From an uncultured Acidobacteriota bacterium (GTDB taxonomy: Bacteria; Acidobacteriota; UBA6911; RPQK01; CBDAPI01): a DNA stretch of 54,267 bases. Under the pieces are notes generated by a model. That model saw nothing but the letters and a program-made list of their open reading frames with translations, was not told where the DNA came from and did not search any database. This document shows positions 18,652 through 29,134 of the stretch, piece by piece; position 1 is the first letter of the stretch; every line of letters starts with the position of its first letter. The DNA is taken from positions 1-54,267 of the forward strand of contig CAYXBG010000001.1 in the NCBI GenBank assembly GCA_964463145.1, written 5' to 3'. Made by a program: the position numbers and the translations under genes.

Positions 18652-18724
18652 GCCGGGGTAGCTCAGTCGGTAGAGCAGGGGACTGAAAATCCCCGTGTCG
18701 GCGGTTCAATTCCGTCCCCCGGCA
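18652..18724 (+). tRNA. tRNA-Phe (GAA)
   Basis: Cloverleaf read by hand. Acceptor GCCGGGG/CCCCGGC, D-arm GCTCAGTCGGTAGAGC, anticodon arm GGGGA-CTGAAAA-TCCCC, T-arm GGCGG-TTCAATT-CCGTC, discriminator A. CCA is not encoded. Confidence 0.9.
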
Positions 18725-18826
18725 TTCCCCTTGCAAAGGATTTTGCATTCAGGGAACCGGCCACTGTCACCGACAAAGTGGATAGTGTCTCTCTAATACT
18801 TGAAATCGGAAATCCGGCGCTTGGTC

Positions 18827-19792
18827 ATGCATACACCGCCCATGCTACGTAGTGGCATTGTCCAAAATAAGGTTCCTATGGGACCTTACTCGACAATGGG
18901 AATCGGAGGACCAGCTCGCTATCTTTGTGCCGTGGATAGCCAAGAAGATCTCGCCATATTACTGCATTGGGCACACGAAAGAGCACTTCCCTGGATTGTA
19001 GCTGGTGAATGCAGCAATATTCTATTCTCTGACAAGGGAGTGGATGGCCTGGTAATTCTTAATCGCCTCAGTGGGGTCGCTCGAAAAGATGGATCTCAAG
19101 TTTTGGTTGGTTCCGGAGAGAACTTAGGAGAGCTCATCCTTTGGTTGAACCAAAACGGCCTCCAGGGGATGGAGAAAATGTATGGCATACCAGGAACAAT
19201 AGCAGGCGCCGTTATTGGAAACGCTGGTGCTTACGGCCAGGAAATTTGTCAAACTCTAAAAGAAGCTACGTTAATAAAAGTATCAGGCGATCTCGAGGTT
19301 GTGCCGGCTGAGGCCATGGATTTCAAATATCGCCATAGTAGACTCAAAAAAGATCGGGGCTCAGTTTTGGTCCAATGTCGATTAGAACTCTTCCCGGACG
19401 TAGAACATCTTCAAAAAGAATCAGATGCGATACTCAAAAAACGGTCCATTAAGTATCCTCCTGGACTAAAATGTCCGGGAAGCTTTTTCAAAAACATTGA
19501 AGTCTCTTCTTTAGACTCGGACCAAAGATCGAGGATACCAGTCTCTTTCTTTTACAACGGGAAGGTACCAGCCGGAAAATTGCTGGAGACCGTAGGCGCC
19601 AAAGGGGCACGAAAGGGAGAAGCAATGATCGCTTCTTACCATGGGAATTTGATTTTGAATTGCGGGAGATGTTCTTCTGCTGACGTCTTGTGGCTCGCTC
19701 GTACTTATGCTAATCGTGTGCTGGACCGTTATGGCATCATCTTAGAACCGGAAATTCGCATTTTAAATGAAGGATTGGAGGAGGAAAAGTGA
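18827..19792 (+). CDS. murB: UDP-N-acetylenolpyruvoylglucosamine reductase
   Basis: YSTMGIGGPARY...GECSNILFSD...IPGTIAGAVIGNAGAYGQE. The ORF opens at TTG 18800; the first ATG is 18827. Confidence 0.85.
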   Translation: MHTPPMLRSGIVQNKVPMGPYSTMGIGGPARYLCAVDSQEDLAILLHWAHERALPWIVAGECSNILFSDKGVDGLVILNRLSGVARKDGSQVLVGSGENLGELILWLNQNGLQGMEKMYGIPGTIAGAVIGNAGAYGQEICQTLKEATLIKVSGDLEVVPAEAMDFKYRHSRLKKDRGSVLVQCRLELFPDVEHLQKESDAILKKRSIKYPPGLKCPGSFFKNIEVSSLDSDQRSRIPVSFFYNGKVPAGKLLETVGAKGARKGEAMIASYHGNLILNCGRCSSADVLWLARTYANRVLDRYGIILEPEIRILNEGLEEEK

Positions 19793-21060
19793 GTGAAAGA
19801 CTGACCATAGAAGGAGGCCAGCCCCTGCGTGGCATCTATCGTGTCCAGGGAAATAAAAATGCCGCTCTTCCATTGGTAGCGGCTTCAGTTCTTTCTCCAG
19901 GACCACTGACCTTACGTAACGTTCCAAACATAATTGACATCAATAATCTTATCAGCCTCATGGAAGGACTCGGTGTTACAACGGAATGGCACGGAAGGAA
20001 CCTGCTAATCGACCCAAGACAGTTAAAAACCTCTCAACTACCAACCGACATTGTACATAGGTTGCGGGGGGCTATTTTGCTCTTGGGTGCGCTGGCACCC
20101 AAGATGGATTCTCTTATCTGTGCTCTTCCAGGAGGTTGCCCCATAGGAAGACGCTCATTTGAAGTGCACTGGTCAGCCTTTCGTGCCTGTGGTTTTCGCG
20201 TAGAACAAGATCCAGAGAAAGTGACCTTACAGAAAGATCGTGTTGTTAAGAACCCCTCTATTTTTCTAGAAGAAGCCTCCGTTACTGCAACAGAAAATGC
20301 CCTGATATTGATGGCAGGTCTAGGAGGAGGGAAACTAGAAAACCCGGCCAGAGAACCTCATGTTCTGAGTCTAATCGAATTCCTGAGAGATTTAGGATGC
20401 CATATTGAGATAGACAGCTTGAGTGTAAGCGTTCTGTCTAAAGTCAATAATGCACCTGCTACTGACTTTGAAGTGCCAGGTGATTATGTCGACGCTGGCA
20501 CACTCGCTATCGCTGCAACCGTCACAAATGGAGAGATCGAACTCACAGGAATTGACCACAAAACAATGCTAGGAGTCACACCGGTACTGAGGAAATTCGG
20601 TATTTCTATGCACCCTCTTGGAGACATGAAATGGTCCGTCAGGGCGAACCAAGGAGAAAACCCCGATCGTGTCATTGCGGGCCCTTGGCCAGCCTTTCCT
20701 ACCGACTTGGTAAGTCTCGCCATCGTCTTGGCGACACAAGGCCATGGCCAATGTTTGATTCATGACTGGATGTACGAAGCTCGCATGTTTTTCGTCGACA
20801 AGTTGGCCAGGATGGGCGCTTCGGTGACCTTGTGTGATCCTCATCGCGTTATGATCAGCGGCCCTAGAAAGTTGCGCGGCATCACTCTTGAGTCACCTGA
20901 TATTCGTGCAGGCATGGCGATGGTTGTGGCGGGTCTCTGTGCCGAAGGTACCACCGTGATTGAACATGCGGAAGTAATACGCCGAGGCTACGAACACGTG
21001 ACACAAAGGCTTAGTGGGCTGGAAGCGCAAATCACTACTGATATGCCCACAGGGACTTAG
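19789..21060 (+). CDS. murA: UDP-N-acetylglucosamine 1-carboxyvinyltransferase
   Basis: VQGNKNAALPL...LPGGCPIGRRSFEVH (active-site Cys present)...FPTDL. The GTG start overlaps the murB stop (GTGA at 19789-19792). Confidence 0.9.
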   Translation: MSERLTIEGGQPLRGIYRVQGNKNAALPLVAASVLSPGPLTLRNVPNIIDINNLISLMEGLGVTTEWHGRNLLIDPRQLKTSQLPTDIVHRLRGAILLLGALAPKMDSLICALPGGCPIGRRSFEVHWSAFRACGFRVEQDPEKVTLQKDRVVKNPSIFLEEASVTATENALILMAGLGGGKLENPAREPHVLSLIEFLRDLGCHIEIDSLSVSVLSKVNNAPATDFEVPGDYVDAGTLAIAATVTNGEIELTGIDHKTMLGVTPVLRKFGISMHPLGDMKWSVRANQGENPDRVIAGPWPAFPTDLVSLAIVLATQGHGQCLIHDWMYEARMFFVDKLARMGASVTLCDPHRVMISGPRKLRGITLESPDIRAGMAMVVAGLCAEGTTVIEHAEVIRRGYEHVTQRLSGLEAQITTDMPTGT

Positions 21061-21096
21061 TCCGGGGACACTTATTCAATAAACATCCAGGCCAAT

Positions 21097-22557
21097 TTAT
21101 GAAACTTTCTCAAATAAATCTTGTACAGACTTACTGCGCACACTACCGGTAAAAAGCGCCACAGTGATATAGGAAAGAATGGAAAGTAGCGTCGCTGGAA
21201 AAATCTGATGAACAACTGTGGCCCAGGGCAGAAATTGCCAGAGCAGCAATGTAAGAACCCCAACACAGATCGCTGCCATTGAAGAAGTTCCATTCCCTCT
21301 ATTCCAGTAGAGACCCCAGAGAATAGGTGCCGTAAAACAAGCTGCATAAAGGGCTCCCGAAAGCGAAGTCAAGGCTACTATGCTTCCTGGAGGATTAATC
21401 GCAACCAGAGCCGTGAGGACAGCAAACAAAGCAACATACTGTCGAGTGGAACGTATACTTTTTAATTCAGCCTTCTGGCCTCTAATCGTCGACATGATGT
21501 CTCTCTCAAAGGTAGAAGCGGTAACCAAAAGAACACTGTCAAGAGAAGACATCGCTGCGGCCAGCAGTGCGACTAACATTAGACTGCTGATGAAAGGGTG
21601 AAATATCTCGGCGCTGGTTAAAAGCATTGGCACAACTTGGTCGGTTTTTTCAATTCCAGGAACAGACTTGTGGGCCAACAACCCCACTGGGACCAACATC
21701 GTGTACACGATCAAGAACGCAACGGTAGAGACCCAAGCCCCTCTGTAGACGGCTTTATCATCAGCCAAGGCATAAAAACGGGACAACTGTCTTGGCTCCA
21801 CCATTAACTTCATTGTGCTCGCTACCATGATGCCCAAAAGTACCGAAAATGACATTGCACTGTCCCACTTGAACAGCGCGGCAGTTGTATTGTCAGATTG
21901 TAGTTCCTGAAAAGCATCTACCCCCCCTGCAGCCTGCAAGGCTCCCCAGAACAGAACTATCGAGGCTCCTACCATCATCAACCCTTGTACAGAATCTGTT
22001 TTTACGACAGAGATGAAACCACCAACCATTGTGTATATGGTCACGATGAGGAGAACTATAAAAATAGCTGCCTCATAGGGAACATCCAAAAAAGACTCGA
22101 AAAGATGACCCACTCCCTTAAAAACAGCCACCATATAGAAAAGACTTGCAAAAAGGACAATTGTGGCCGCACTCACTCGTGAGACTTGGCTCTCGAATCG
22201 GAATCCGATGAAGTCTGGGATTGTTATCGAATCGAGTTGTTGGGTAAAGCGTCTCAAACGGGGGGCTACCAACAGCCAAGCAAGTAGAGCAAAAATCACT
22301 GCCAAGGGCGCGATAAGCAACCATGGGGCGCCATATGCATACGCTTGCCCTGAAAAACCTACAAAGCTGTTAGTACTAGAATAGGTCGCAAAAAAGGAAA
22401 GCCCCAGAGCTGTCCCTCCCATTCTCCGACCGCCTACATAATAATCCTGGAGACTTTTTGTGGCACGCCAACCGCTAGCTGCATGCCAAACTACCAACAA
22501 CAAATACATCCCCAGAAGCGACAAAACAATTTGATGTTCTGAAAACCATGCCATCAA
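21097..22557 (-). CDS. sodium:solute symporter (SSS family)
   Basis: YYVGGRRMGG...ATYSSTNSFVG motif. Polytopic, 486 aa. Confidence 0.85.
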   Translation of the reverse strand: MMAWFSEHQIVLSLLGMYLLLVVWHAASGWRATKSLQDYYVGGRRMGGTALGLSFFATYSSTNSFVGFSGQAYAYGAPWLLIAPLAVIFALLAWLLVAPRLRRFTQQLDSITIPDFIGFRFESQVSRVSAATIVLFASLFYMVAVFKGVGHLFESFLDVPYEAAIFIVLLIVTIYTMVGGFISVVKTDSVQGLMMVGASIVLFWGALQAAGGVDAFQELQSDNTTAALFKWDSAMSFSVLLGIMVASTMKLMVEPRQLSRFYALADDKAVYRGAWVSTVAFLIVYTMLVPVGLLAHKSVPGIEKTDQVVPMLLTSAEIFHPFISSLMLVALLAAAMSSLDSVLLVTASTFERDIMSTIRGQKAELKSIRSTRQYVALFAVLTALVAINPPGSIVALTSLSGALYAACFTAPILWGLYWNRGNGTSSMAAICVGVLTLLLWQFLPWATVVHQIFPATLLSILSYITVALFTGSVRSKSVQDLFEKVS

Positions 22558-22751
22558 TATCTACCCCTACTTTTTTCGATCCAAGTTTACCCAAAAACTA
22601 CTTAGAAATTGTTCAGTTTGGCTAAGCTAGTGCTGTCGGGTACTTAAGGATTCCCTAGGATCTTTTCAGAATACCCAAAATAAGGAAAGGCTCCATATGA
22701 TCCTTTTACCGAATTACAGCCAGAATTCTCAGAACTTGATAGGGTAATAGC

Positions 22752-23735
22752 ATGATTAAGAAAATCCTGCCCTTCACAGTATTCTTCTTTGCTCTTTTTT
22801 GTTCGCTCAACGGACAGGAGACTCTATCAACCGAATCTTATCGAGGTCCGGCCGGGGACCCAGAACACCTTCGTTTCGTTCAGGTCAATGGTGTGCGTCT
22901 AGCCTACCGCGTGGAAGGCACTGGTGTTCCTGTTGTTTTCGTACACGGAGAGGGCTACTCTCACGAATTATGGTCCAGGCAGATCGAAGGCTTTCGTACT
23001 CGGTATCAGTTCATTAGTTACGATCGCAGAGGCCATGGACAATCAGAGGCCCCATTAACCGGCTACTCTCCTATAACTCACGCAGAGGATCTCAATGGTC
23101 TCATAAACCACTTTGGTATTCGTCAGGCACATTTCGTTGTGAATTCGAGGGGTGGTGCCGTCATAATGCAACTATTACGAATCTATCCTGAAAAAATCCG
23201 TAGCATCACCTTTGCAGATGCCACAATTGCTCTGGCTGAAATCTCGGAAGCCTTTGCCCCTGTCGTTGAAAGATTAAAAGGGCCTCCATCGACTCTTGAA
23301 GAAGCTTTGCAAGCTCGTGAAAAAGGCAAAACCTCCTCATTCACGAAAGTAGCTCAAGCCCGCAAAGACACCCGGGCTATCCTGCATCGGATGGCTGACC
23401 AATATAGTCCTAGGACGGCCATGAATCCTCAGAGATCAGATTTTTCATCAGCCATGGATATCGGACCTTACAACCTGCGAGACTTCCCGGATATGACAAA
23501 AATCTACCAGCCCATTCTCCTAATTGTGGGCGAGTTAACAGATAGTTTTTTTATCGAGGGAGCAAAAAAAGCACACACTTTGTGGCCAAATACCCGCTAC
23601 CATATGATCCCCGGAACCGATCATCTACTGATGCTGGAGCGCCCCAATCAATTCAATCAACTTGTCCTGGATTTTCTAGCTCAAGTGGATGTCCTCCTCA
23701 AAGGTCGGGAGGCAGTGACTGGTCAGACACCTTGA
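22752..23735 (+). CDS. secreted alpha/beta-fold hydrolase
   Basis: Signal peptide present. HGEGYSHELW...YDRRGHGQS, nucleophile elbow VNSRGG, and C-terminal PGTDHLLMLERP. Confidence 0.8.
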   Translation: MIKKILPFTVFFFALFCSLNGQETLSTESYRGPAGDPEHLRFVQVNGVRLAYRVEGTGVPVVFVHGEGYSHELWSRQIEGFRTRYQFISYDRRGHGQSEAPLTGYSPITHAEDLNGLINHFGIRQAHFVVNSRGGAVIMQLLRIYPEKIRSITFADATIALAEISEAFAPVVERLKGPPSTLEEALQAREKGKTSSFTKVAQARKDTRAILHRMADQYSPRTAMNPQRSDFSSAMDIGPYNLRDFPDMTKIYQPILLIVGELTDSFFIEGAKKAHTLWPNTRYHMIPGTDHLLMLERPNQFNQLVLDFLAQVDVLLKGREAVTGQTP

Positions 23736-23883
23736 AATGACAGCACTTTACAGACCTATCGCGGAGCATCCACTTACTCTTCAGCTTAGAGCCAGGCAAC
23801 TAGATATAATGCAATAATATTTAACGTCGAGAGAATCTTGTGTATCTTCCCTCTAGGTCACGGTGGTGGCCATAGGTACGCAA

Positions 23884-25461
23884 TCAAACAGTGTGGCTTA
23901 ACGCATACAGCATATCTACATAGGCATTCTCGATCTCGGCTAGACCTGCAATCCCGGAAGAGGCATCCCCACGCACCAACATGTATTCGTCTGGAGCGTG
24001 CAGATTAGATCCATGCCCTAATCCGGCTAACAGCATGGGAAGACCGAGACGTTCTGTGAACTGATAAAAGGGTGCAGTAGCGGCAAAACGTGGCCAAACC
24101 GAGGTCGAAATTTCGTACTTGTTGTAGACCCCCAGGACTGATTGTACAAGAGGGTCATGGACAGATGTCTGAGAGGGTGGATAGGCTGCTAAGGTTTTCA
24201 ATTTTATGTCTCTAAACCCTTCACGATCGAGGTGCTCTCGAATCAAGGCAAGTGCTTTTTCAGGACGCTGATTGGGAACCAACGTGGAATCTAGCTTTGC
24301 CGTGACTTTGGGAGCCATGATGGTCTTAGCGCCCGGGCCAACATAACCCGCAGAAATCCCGTTAATGTTCATAGTTGTGTCGAAAAGAAAACGTATGAAC
24401 GCCTCTCGATCGCTCATCCCATCGATCCATCGCTCAACTCCCAGTCCTGCATACTGGGACAACTCTCCATTCCAGCCATTTATCAGCTGCTGTTCTTCCT
24501 CGTTTAGTGGTCGAATGGAATCATAGTAACCTGGCACCCCTATAGTGTTTCCGTCCCGGTTCGTCAACGTTGCCAGAGCCTGTACCAATCGCCAGGCCGG
24601 GGAATCTACAATAGCCTTATACCAACCCCCTATAGTGTCATTAGCAGGCCCTCCCTGTGCGCCACCTTCTGCTATCAACTCGAAATAAATCCATCCCTTC
24701 ATCCCAAGACTGAGAGTAGCAGCAGCTCGGGAGTTCTGAGAGTTGTGAGGGCATATGATCCCGAGGCAATTACGCAGACGATCTCCATACTGGTCAATGA
24801 TTTCCGGATAGTGAGGAGAGCCTATTTCTTCCTCACCTTCGGCAGCAATCATCAGATTGACCGGGAGCTCACCTTCCGTAGCTAAGATAGCCTCTACGGC
24901 ATTGAGAAAAGCCCGTTCAGGGCCCTTCTGGTTCATAGCTCCCCGATCCATAATGACTTCACCTATTTCTAGGTCAACCATCCTCGCTTGGTAGGGTTCT
25001 ACTCGCCACTGCTGAGGTTCGACCGGCACAACATCGTACATGAAATACAAGCCCAGAGTCCGCTTTGCGCCCGCGTCGTAATAACCCCAAACACCAGGGT
25101 GGCCAGCAGTCTGAACTATTTCGGCTTCCTGAAAACCGAGCTTCCTAAGATCATTCTGCAAAAGATGAGCCATATCCTCGATGCCTCGACCAGACGTACT
25201 CTCTGAAGGTTGGCGGAGCCATCGCCTAATGTTCTCTAGATGCTCATCAAAATGTTTCTCGATGTACTGATATACACGGGTATGATCGCCAGAGTACGGA
25301 GGGATGGCACTACTATCGAAGGATTCCTTGACGTCTAAGTTAAATCGAGGACGTTGGCCTGCAAAAAGATCGCGTCCGGCTAAACCCGTGACGGAAGTTG
25401 CTGCCACACTTCGATGAACAAACTCTCGTCGGCCGATTCTAGAATGGTCTTCTGGAGGCAT
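23884..25461 (-). CDS. M20-family metallopeptidase (dipeptidase-like) with Tat signal
   Basis: GRREFVHRSVAATSVTGLAG is a twin-arginine leader. AAEGEEEIGSP and HAPDEY are typical M20 metal and catalytic segments. Confidence 0.8.
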   Translation of the reverse strand: MPPEDHSRIGRREFVHRSVAATSVTGLAGRDLFAGQRPRFNLDVKESFDSSAIPPYSGDHTRVYQYIEKHFDEHLENIRRWLRQPSESTSGRGIEDMAHLLQNDLRKLGFQEAEIVQTAGHPGVWGYYDAGAKRTLGLYFMYDVVPVEPQQWRVEPYQARMVDLEIGEVIMDRGAMNQKGPERAFLNAVEAILATEGELPVNLMIAAEGEEEIGSPHYPEIIDQYGDRLRNCLGIICPHNSQNSRAAATLSLGMKGWIYFELIAEGGAQGGPANDTIGGWYKAIVDSPAWRLVQALATLTNRDGNTIGVPGYYDSIRPLNEEEQQLINGWNGELSQYAGLGVERWIDGMSDREAFIRFLFDTTMNINGISAGYVGPGAKTIMAPKVTAKLDSTLVPNQRPEKALALIREHLDREGFRDIKLKTLAAYPPSQTSVHDPLVQSVLGVYNKYEISTSVWPRFAATAPFYQFTERLGLPMLLAGLGHGSNLHAPDEYMLVRGDASSGIAGLAEIENAYVDMLYALSHTV

Positions 25462-25493
25462 CGCTTCACTCTTTTCTTGCCCGGGTTTCTTAA

Positions 25494-26921
25494 TTATTTA
25501 AATACCTCACCACCACGGATAACATGGACAACACCATACTGAAGGATCTCAATCTCCTGGAGAGGATCGCCGTCGACCACTATTAAGTCTGCCAGCTTTC
25601 CGATTGAAACTGTTCCAAGCCTATCAAGCACTCCTTGCATTTGGGCTGGACGCAAAGTAGCACTTTGGATGGCTTCCATAGGAGTCAGGCCGGCTTCTAC
25701 TAGATATCTCAACTGTTTTGGGATAGGACTATGAAAATTCAGAGGAGCGCCTGCATCTGTAGCAGCGACTAACTGCTCACGTCCACCTGCCTCAATAAAA
25801 CTCTTCAACTTCTTTTTCACAGTTCCGACACGCTGAGCTGCTCCGATTCCCCATGGAATTTCCTGAGGATTTCTCCAGCCACTTCGCAAGTCACGATAGA
25901 GTTCCAGAGAAAACATAGATCGAAATTTTGGGTGATCCAAAATTTCAGGGAATCCCAGCACATCCACATACGTTTGACGCATGGCGAGTGTGGACAGCAC
26001 CCAAGGACCTCTCAGAATATTAGCCGACGGCCCAGAGGCTATAGGATTAAGTCCCCTAACCAGAAGACGTAATTCGGTGTCACTATAGTCAGCCAGCGCA
26101 TCGGCCGTAAAAAAAACATGTACCCGATCCACTCCTGCTTCAAGAACCGTCTTCAAGGTTTTTATGTCTCGGGCTTCAGCATCAACCCCCATGTTGACCG
26201 CGTGAGCAGCCTCCGTAATTGCCTTGAGAAGATCAGGTTGCCACTGCTCCGCACCCGCGAATATATTGTCAACCCCCATCGCTATCAGTTGTTCTGTTGC
26301 CCTGCGGGCTTCGGCAACAGTACGCACCTGGAAAAGGTTGTCCCTATTATTCGAATCGGTTGCCTGACTGAGAATGGGGCCCGAAAAATATAGACGCGGC
26401 CCCGGTAACTCAGATCGGTCAATCTTGCCTCTCAATTCTCGCTGTTGTTCGAAGAGAGGACTGCTCCATCCTTCGGAGGTAGCAGCACAAGTTGTGCAAA
26501 ATTCTCGAACCGCCGTCACTCCTGCACTCAATGTTACCTTTGCGACAGAAGCCATAATCTCCGGGATCTGATGGTCGAAACGCTTCTGAAAACGATTCGG
26601 GTCAGCTTCCCCTATGTGAAAAAGGTGCCCATGCGACTCCCAAAGACCCGGCAAAATGGTCATGCCGTTGGTATCTATGACCCGTACCTCCGGAGGCACA
26701 GGCAACTGACCCACCTTACCGATAGCCGTGATCTTGTCTCCGGATACAAGAATAACCGAGTTTTCGAGAGGCCTTCCCCCGTATCCATCGATGAGGCGCC
26801 CCCCCACCAAAGCTAATGAAATCGTTTTGGGAAGAGCTTGTGTAAAGGAAATTCCCGACTGAAGAAACAGCGTTGCTGAGAGTATTAGGGAAAGCCGTCT
26901 TAGATACATATACTGCTCCAC
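25494..26921 (-). CDS. secreted amidohydrolase-superfamily metal hydrolase
   Basis: Signal peptide present. LPGLWESHGHLFH (HxH metal motif). C-terminal GTVSIGKLADLIVVDGDPL is typical of the family. Confidence 0.8.
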   Translation of the reverse strand: MEQYMYLRRLSLILSATLFLQSGISFTQALPKTISLALVGGRLIDGYGGRPLENSVILVSGDKITAIGKVGQLPVPPEVRVIDTNGMTILPGLWESHGHLFHIGEADPNRFQKRFDHQIPEIMASVAKVTLSAGVTAVREFCTTCAATSEGWSSPLFEQQRELRGKIDRSELPGPRLYFSGPILSQATDSNNRDNLFQVRTVAEARRATEQLIAMGVDNIFAGAEQWQPDLLKAITEAAHAVNMGVDAEARDIKTLKTVLEAGVDRVHVFFTADALADYSDTELRLLVRGLNPIASGPSANILRGPWVLSTLAMRQTYVDVLGFPEILDHPKFRSMFSLELYRDLRSGWRNPQEIPWGIGAAQRVGTVKKKLKSFIEAGGREQLVAATDAGAPLNFHSPIPKQLRYLVEAGLTPMEAIQSATLRPAQMQGVLDRLGTVSIGKLADLIVVDGDPLQEIEILQYGVVHVIRGGEVFK

Positions 26922-27090
26922 GTTTTCAAAATAGACCTCAGATCAGATGATTCTTGTCATGGGAAACAATTGCAATAGACTATCAAAAAATTCGAAACTA
27001 TCCTCTTTTGCCGATACGATAGACTCTCTGCAAAATGATTGATAGATGAACCCTATGTTATCTGGCCATACGGGTTAGTAGATCGGGAAG

Positions 27091-27627
27091 GTGAAATTGC
27101 AGTCACTGCTAAACATTCTCCTAGTTCTTTTGGTGGGGTTGCTCCTGACAATTTTTGTCTCTTTTTTTGTTCCTGGATCTGGAGAGCCAACCTTCCTAAT
27201 ACACCCCCAGTTCGATTCTCTGTTACAGGGATCCGAAACTCTTTCTGAGCGACCAGGAGCACTTGTACTGGGCACCCTTATAGCATTGACGATGGTATCC
27301 ATTCTCGGAACATTTGTCCTAGTTGGTCTACAAAGACCAGGGCAAATCAACCGAACGAGATATTGGTTCATTGGAGGATTTGCAATCTATGGACTGCTGT
27401 TCCTGATGGTGATCTTCAAAAACACTGATTCAAAACAAGAAAGCACGTTTCTGTGGGGGTTCCCAGAGGCGACGACTTGGGTCATCTATGGCATTTGGTT
27501 ATTTTCTCTTTTTTTTATCTTCCTATACATGACAACTTTTGAGAAAGCCATTTTGAACCGAAAAGATCTAGAAAGTTTTCGAGAGATCCAAAAGAAGTAT
27601 CAATCCCGAGCCAGGAGGGTTCCATAG
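27091..27627 (+). CDS. polytopic membrane protein, unknown function
   Basis: 178 aa with 4-5 hydrophobic segments. It ends 38 nt before the next symporter on the same strand. Confidence 0.55.
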   Translation: MKLQSLLNILLVLLVGLLLTIFVSFFVPGSGEPTFLIHPQFDSLLQGSETLSERPGALVLGTLIALTMVSILGTFVLVGLQRPGQINRTRYWFIGGFAIYGLLFLMVIFKNTDSKQESTFLWGFPEATTWVIYGIWLFSLFFIFLYMTTFEKAILNRKDLESFREIQKKYQSRARRVP

Positions 27628-27665
27628 AAGACTCGAGAAGCGCCATCATTCTGATTTGTATCTCT

Positions 27666-29108
27666 TTGTACATGGCCATGTGCATCCTGGTTGGTCTTTG
27701 GGCATTGCGACGAACTAAATCCACCCACGACTTTTTCATGGCGGGCCGAAACCTTGGAGCCATAGTGACAGGATTTGCCGTTTTCTCGAGTACTCTCAGT
27801 GGTTTCGGCTTCGTGGGTGGACCTGGACTCGTTTACCAGATGGGCATGAGTTCAGTCTGGATGGTTATCTGTACCGGAATCGGTTATCTCATCTCATTTG
27901 TCCTACTGGGCAAGAAAATGCGGCTTCTTGGAGAGCTTCGCTCTTGTATCTCATTACCGGATGTGGCGGCTGCTCGGTATAAAAGTGAGTCAGTGCGAGC
28001 GGCAGTTGCCGTGGCCATTCTTCTAGGTGTCCTAGGCTATCTGGCCACTCAGATCCTTGCTATGGCTGTGATACTAAAGGATATTTTGGAGCAATCTGGG
28101 TTTTTCACCTCTATCAGCTTGGAGGTATGTACAGTTATTTCTTGCGCTGGACTCGTTTTTTATACCGTGACTGGAGGAATCACGGCAGCGGTATACACCG
28201 ACTTGGTACAAGGGGCGGTAATGATGGTCGCGGCCATCCTGATACTTTTAACCATCCTGTCTTTCTATGACGGTGGGATCACAGAAATGAATAAGATTAT
28301 CCATGCTGACAACCCTCAGGCGATCGGGCCCTGGGGAACATTAGGGATGATTGGATGTCTCTCCTGGTTTTTTCTTTTCGCCCTTGGCGGTTGCGGACAA
28401 CCCCATGTGATCACCAAAATAATGATGAACAAAAAGGTTAGTGATGCCCGGTATATCCTGCCTGTCTCGGTAGCTGGATATTTCACCAGTGCTCTGTTGT
28501 GGATTGGGATCGGGTTAGTGATGCGGTCATTGGTGGTGAGTGGTGCCCATCCAGCACTGGGCTCACCTGACGCTGCAGCACCTCAGTTTCTGCAAAATTA
28601 CACCCATCCCCTACTGGCAGGAGTGGTCTTCGCGGGAATTTTCGCCGCGATAATGTCCACTGCAGACGGATTTCTCAATATCGGCACTGCCGCTGTGATT
28701 CACGATCTACCGCGGGCGATCAAGCGTCTTTCCTTCCGTAATGAACTATTATGGGCGCGTATCGCGACCGTACTCATAGCCATTCTTGCAGCAATCTTCG
28801 CACTCTACACTGGGGATCTCGTAGCACTCCTGGGCGCCTTCGGTTGGGGGACCTTCGCTGCTGCCCTGGTACCAGTCATAGCCCTCGGACTCAATTGGAA
28901 ACGAGCCACACCATTAGCTGCCAACACGGCTATCGTTACAAGCTTACTGGTCAACTTTGGAATAAAAGTGTCAGGACTACAAATGCCTTACAACCTACAC
29001 GAAGGAGCCGTAGCGCTCGTTGTTTCTCTGGTACTTTTCATCGTCGTTTCTAAACTGAGCGCCCCCCAGAAAATCGACCCTGACATAGAGGCTGTGATGG
29101 ATCTGTAA
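27666..29108 (+). CDS. sodium:solute symporter (PutP/PanF-like SSS)
   Basis: FFMAGRNLG...SSTLSGFGFVGGPG, GGCGQPHVITKIM. 480 aa. The tracked start is TTG 27666; the first ATG is 27672. Confidence 0.85.
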   Translation: MYMAMCILVGLWALRRTKSTHDFFMAGRNLGAIVTGFAVFSSTLSGFGFVGGPGLVYQMGMSSVWMVICTGIGYLISFVLLGKKMRLLGELRSCISLPDVAAARYKSESVRAAVAVAILLGVLGYLATQILAMAVILKDILEQSGFFTSISLEVCTVISCAGLVFYTVTGGITAAVYTDLVQGAVMMVAAILILLTILSFYDGGITEMNKIIHADNPQAIGPWGTLGMIGCLSWFFLFALGGCGQPHVITKIMMNKKVSDARYILPVSVAGYFTSALLWIGIGLVMRSLVVSGAHPALGSPDAAAPQFLQNYTHPLLAGVVFAGIFAAIMSTADGFLNIGTAAVIHDLPRAIKRLSFRNELLWARIATVLIAILAAIFALYTGDLVALLGAFGWGTFAAALVPVIALGLNWKRATPLAANTAIVTSLLVNFGIKVSGLQMPYNLHEGAVALVVSLVLFIVVSKLSAPQKIDPDIEAVMDL

Positions 29109-29134
29109 TGGGTTAAGGGCTTAACAACAAGGCG

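Noticed and set aside
18560-18748. ORFs 18560..18748 (-) and 30269..30472 (+).
   Set aside because: They overlap tRNA-Phe and tRNA-Arg. They merely translate tRNA sequence (for example the GRIRTCDLRIRNPLLYPSELRA pattern).
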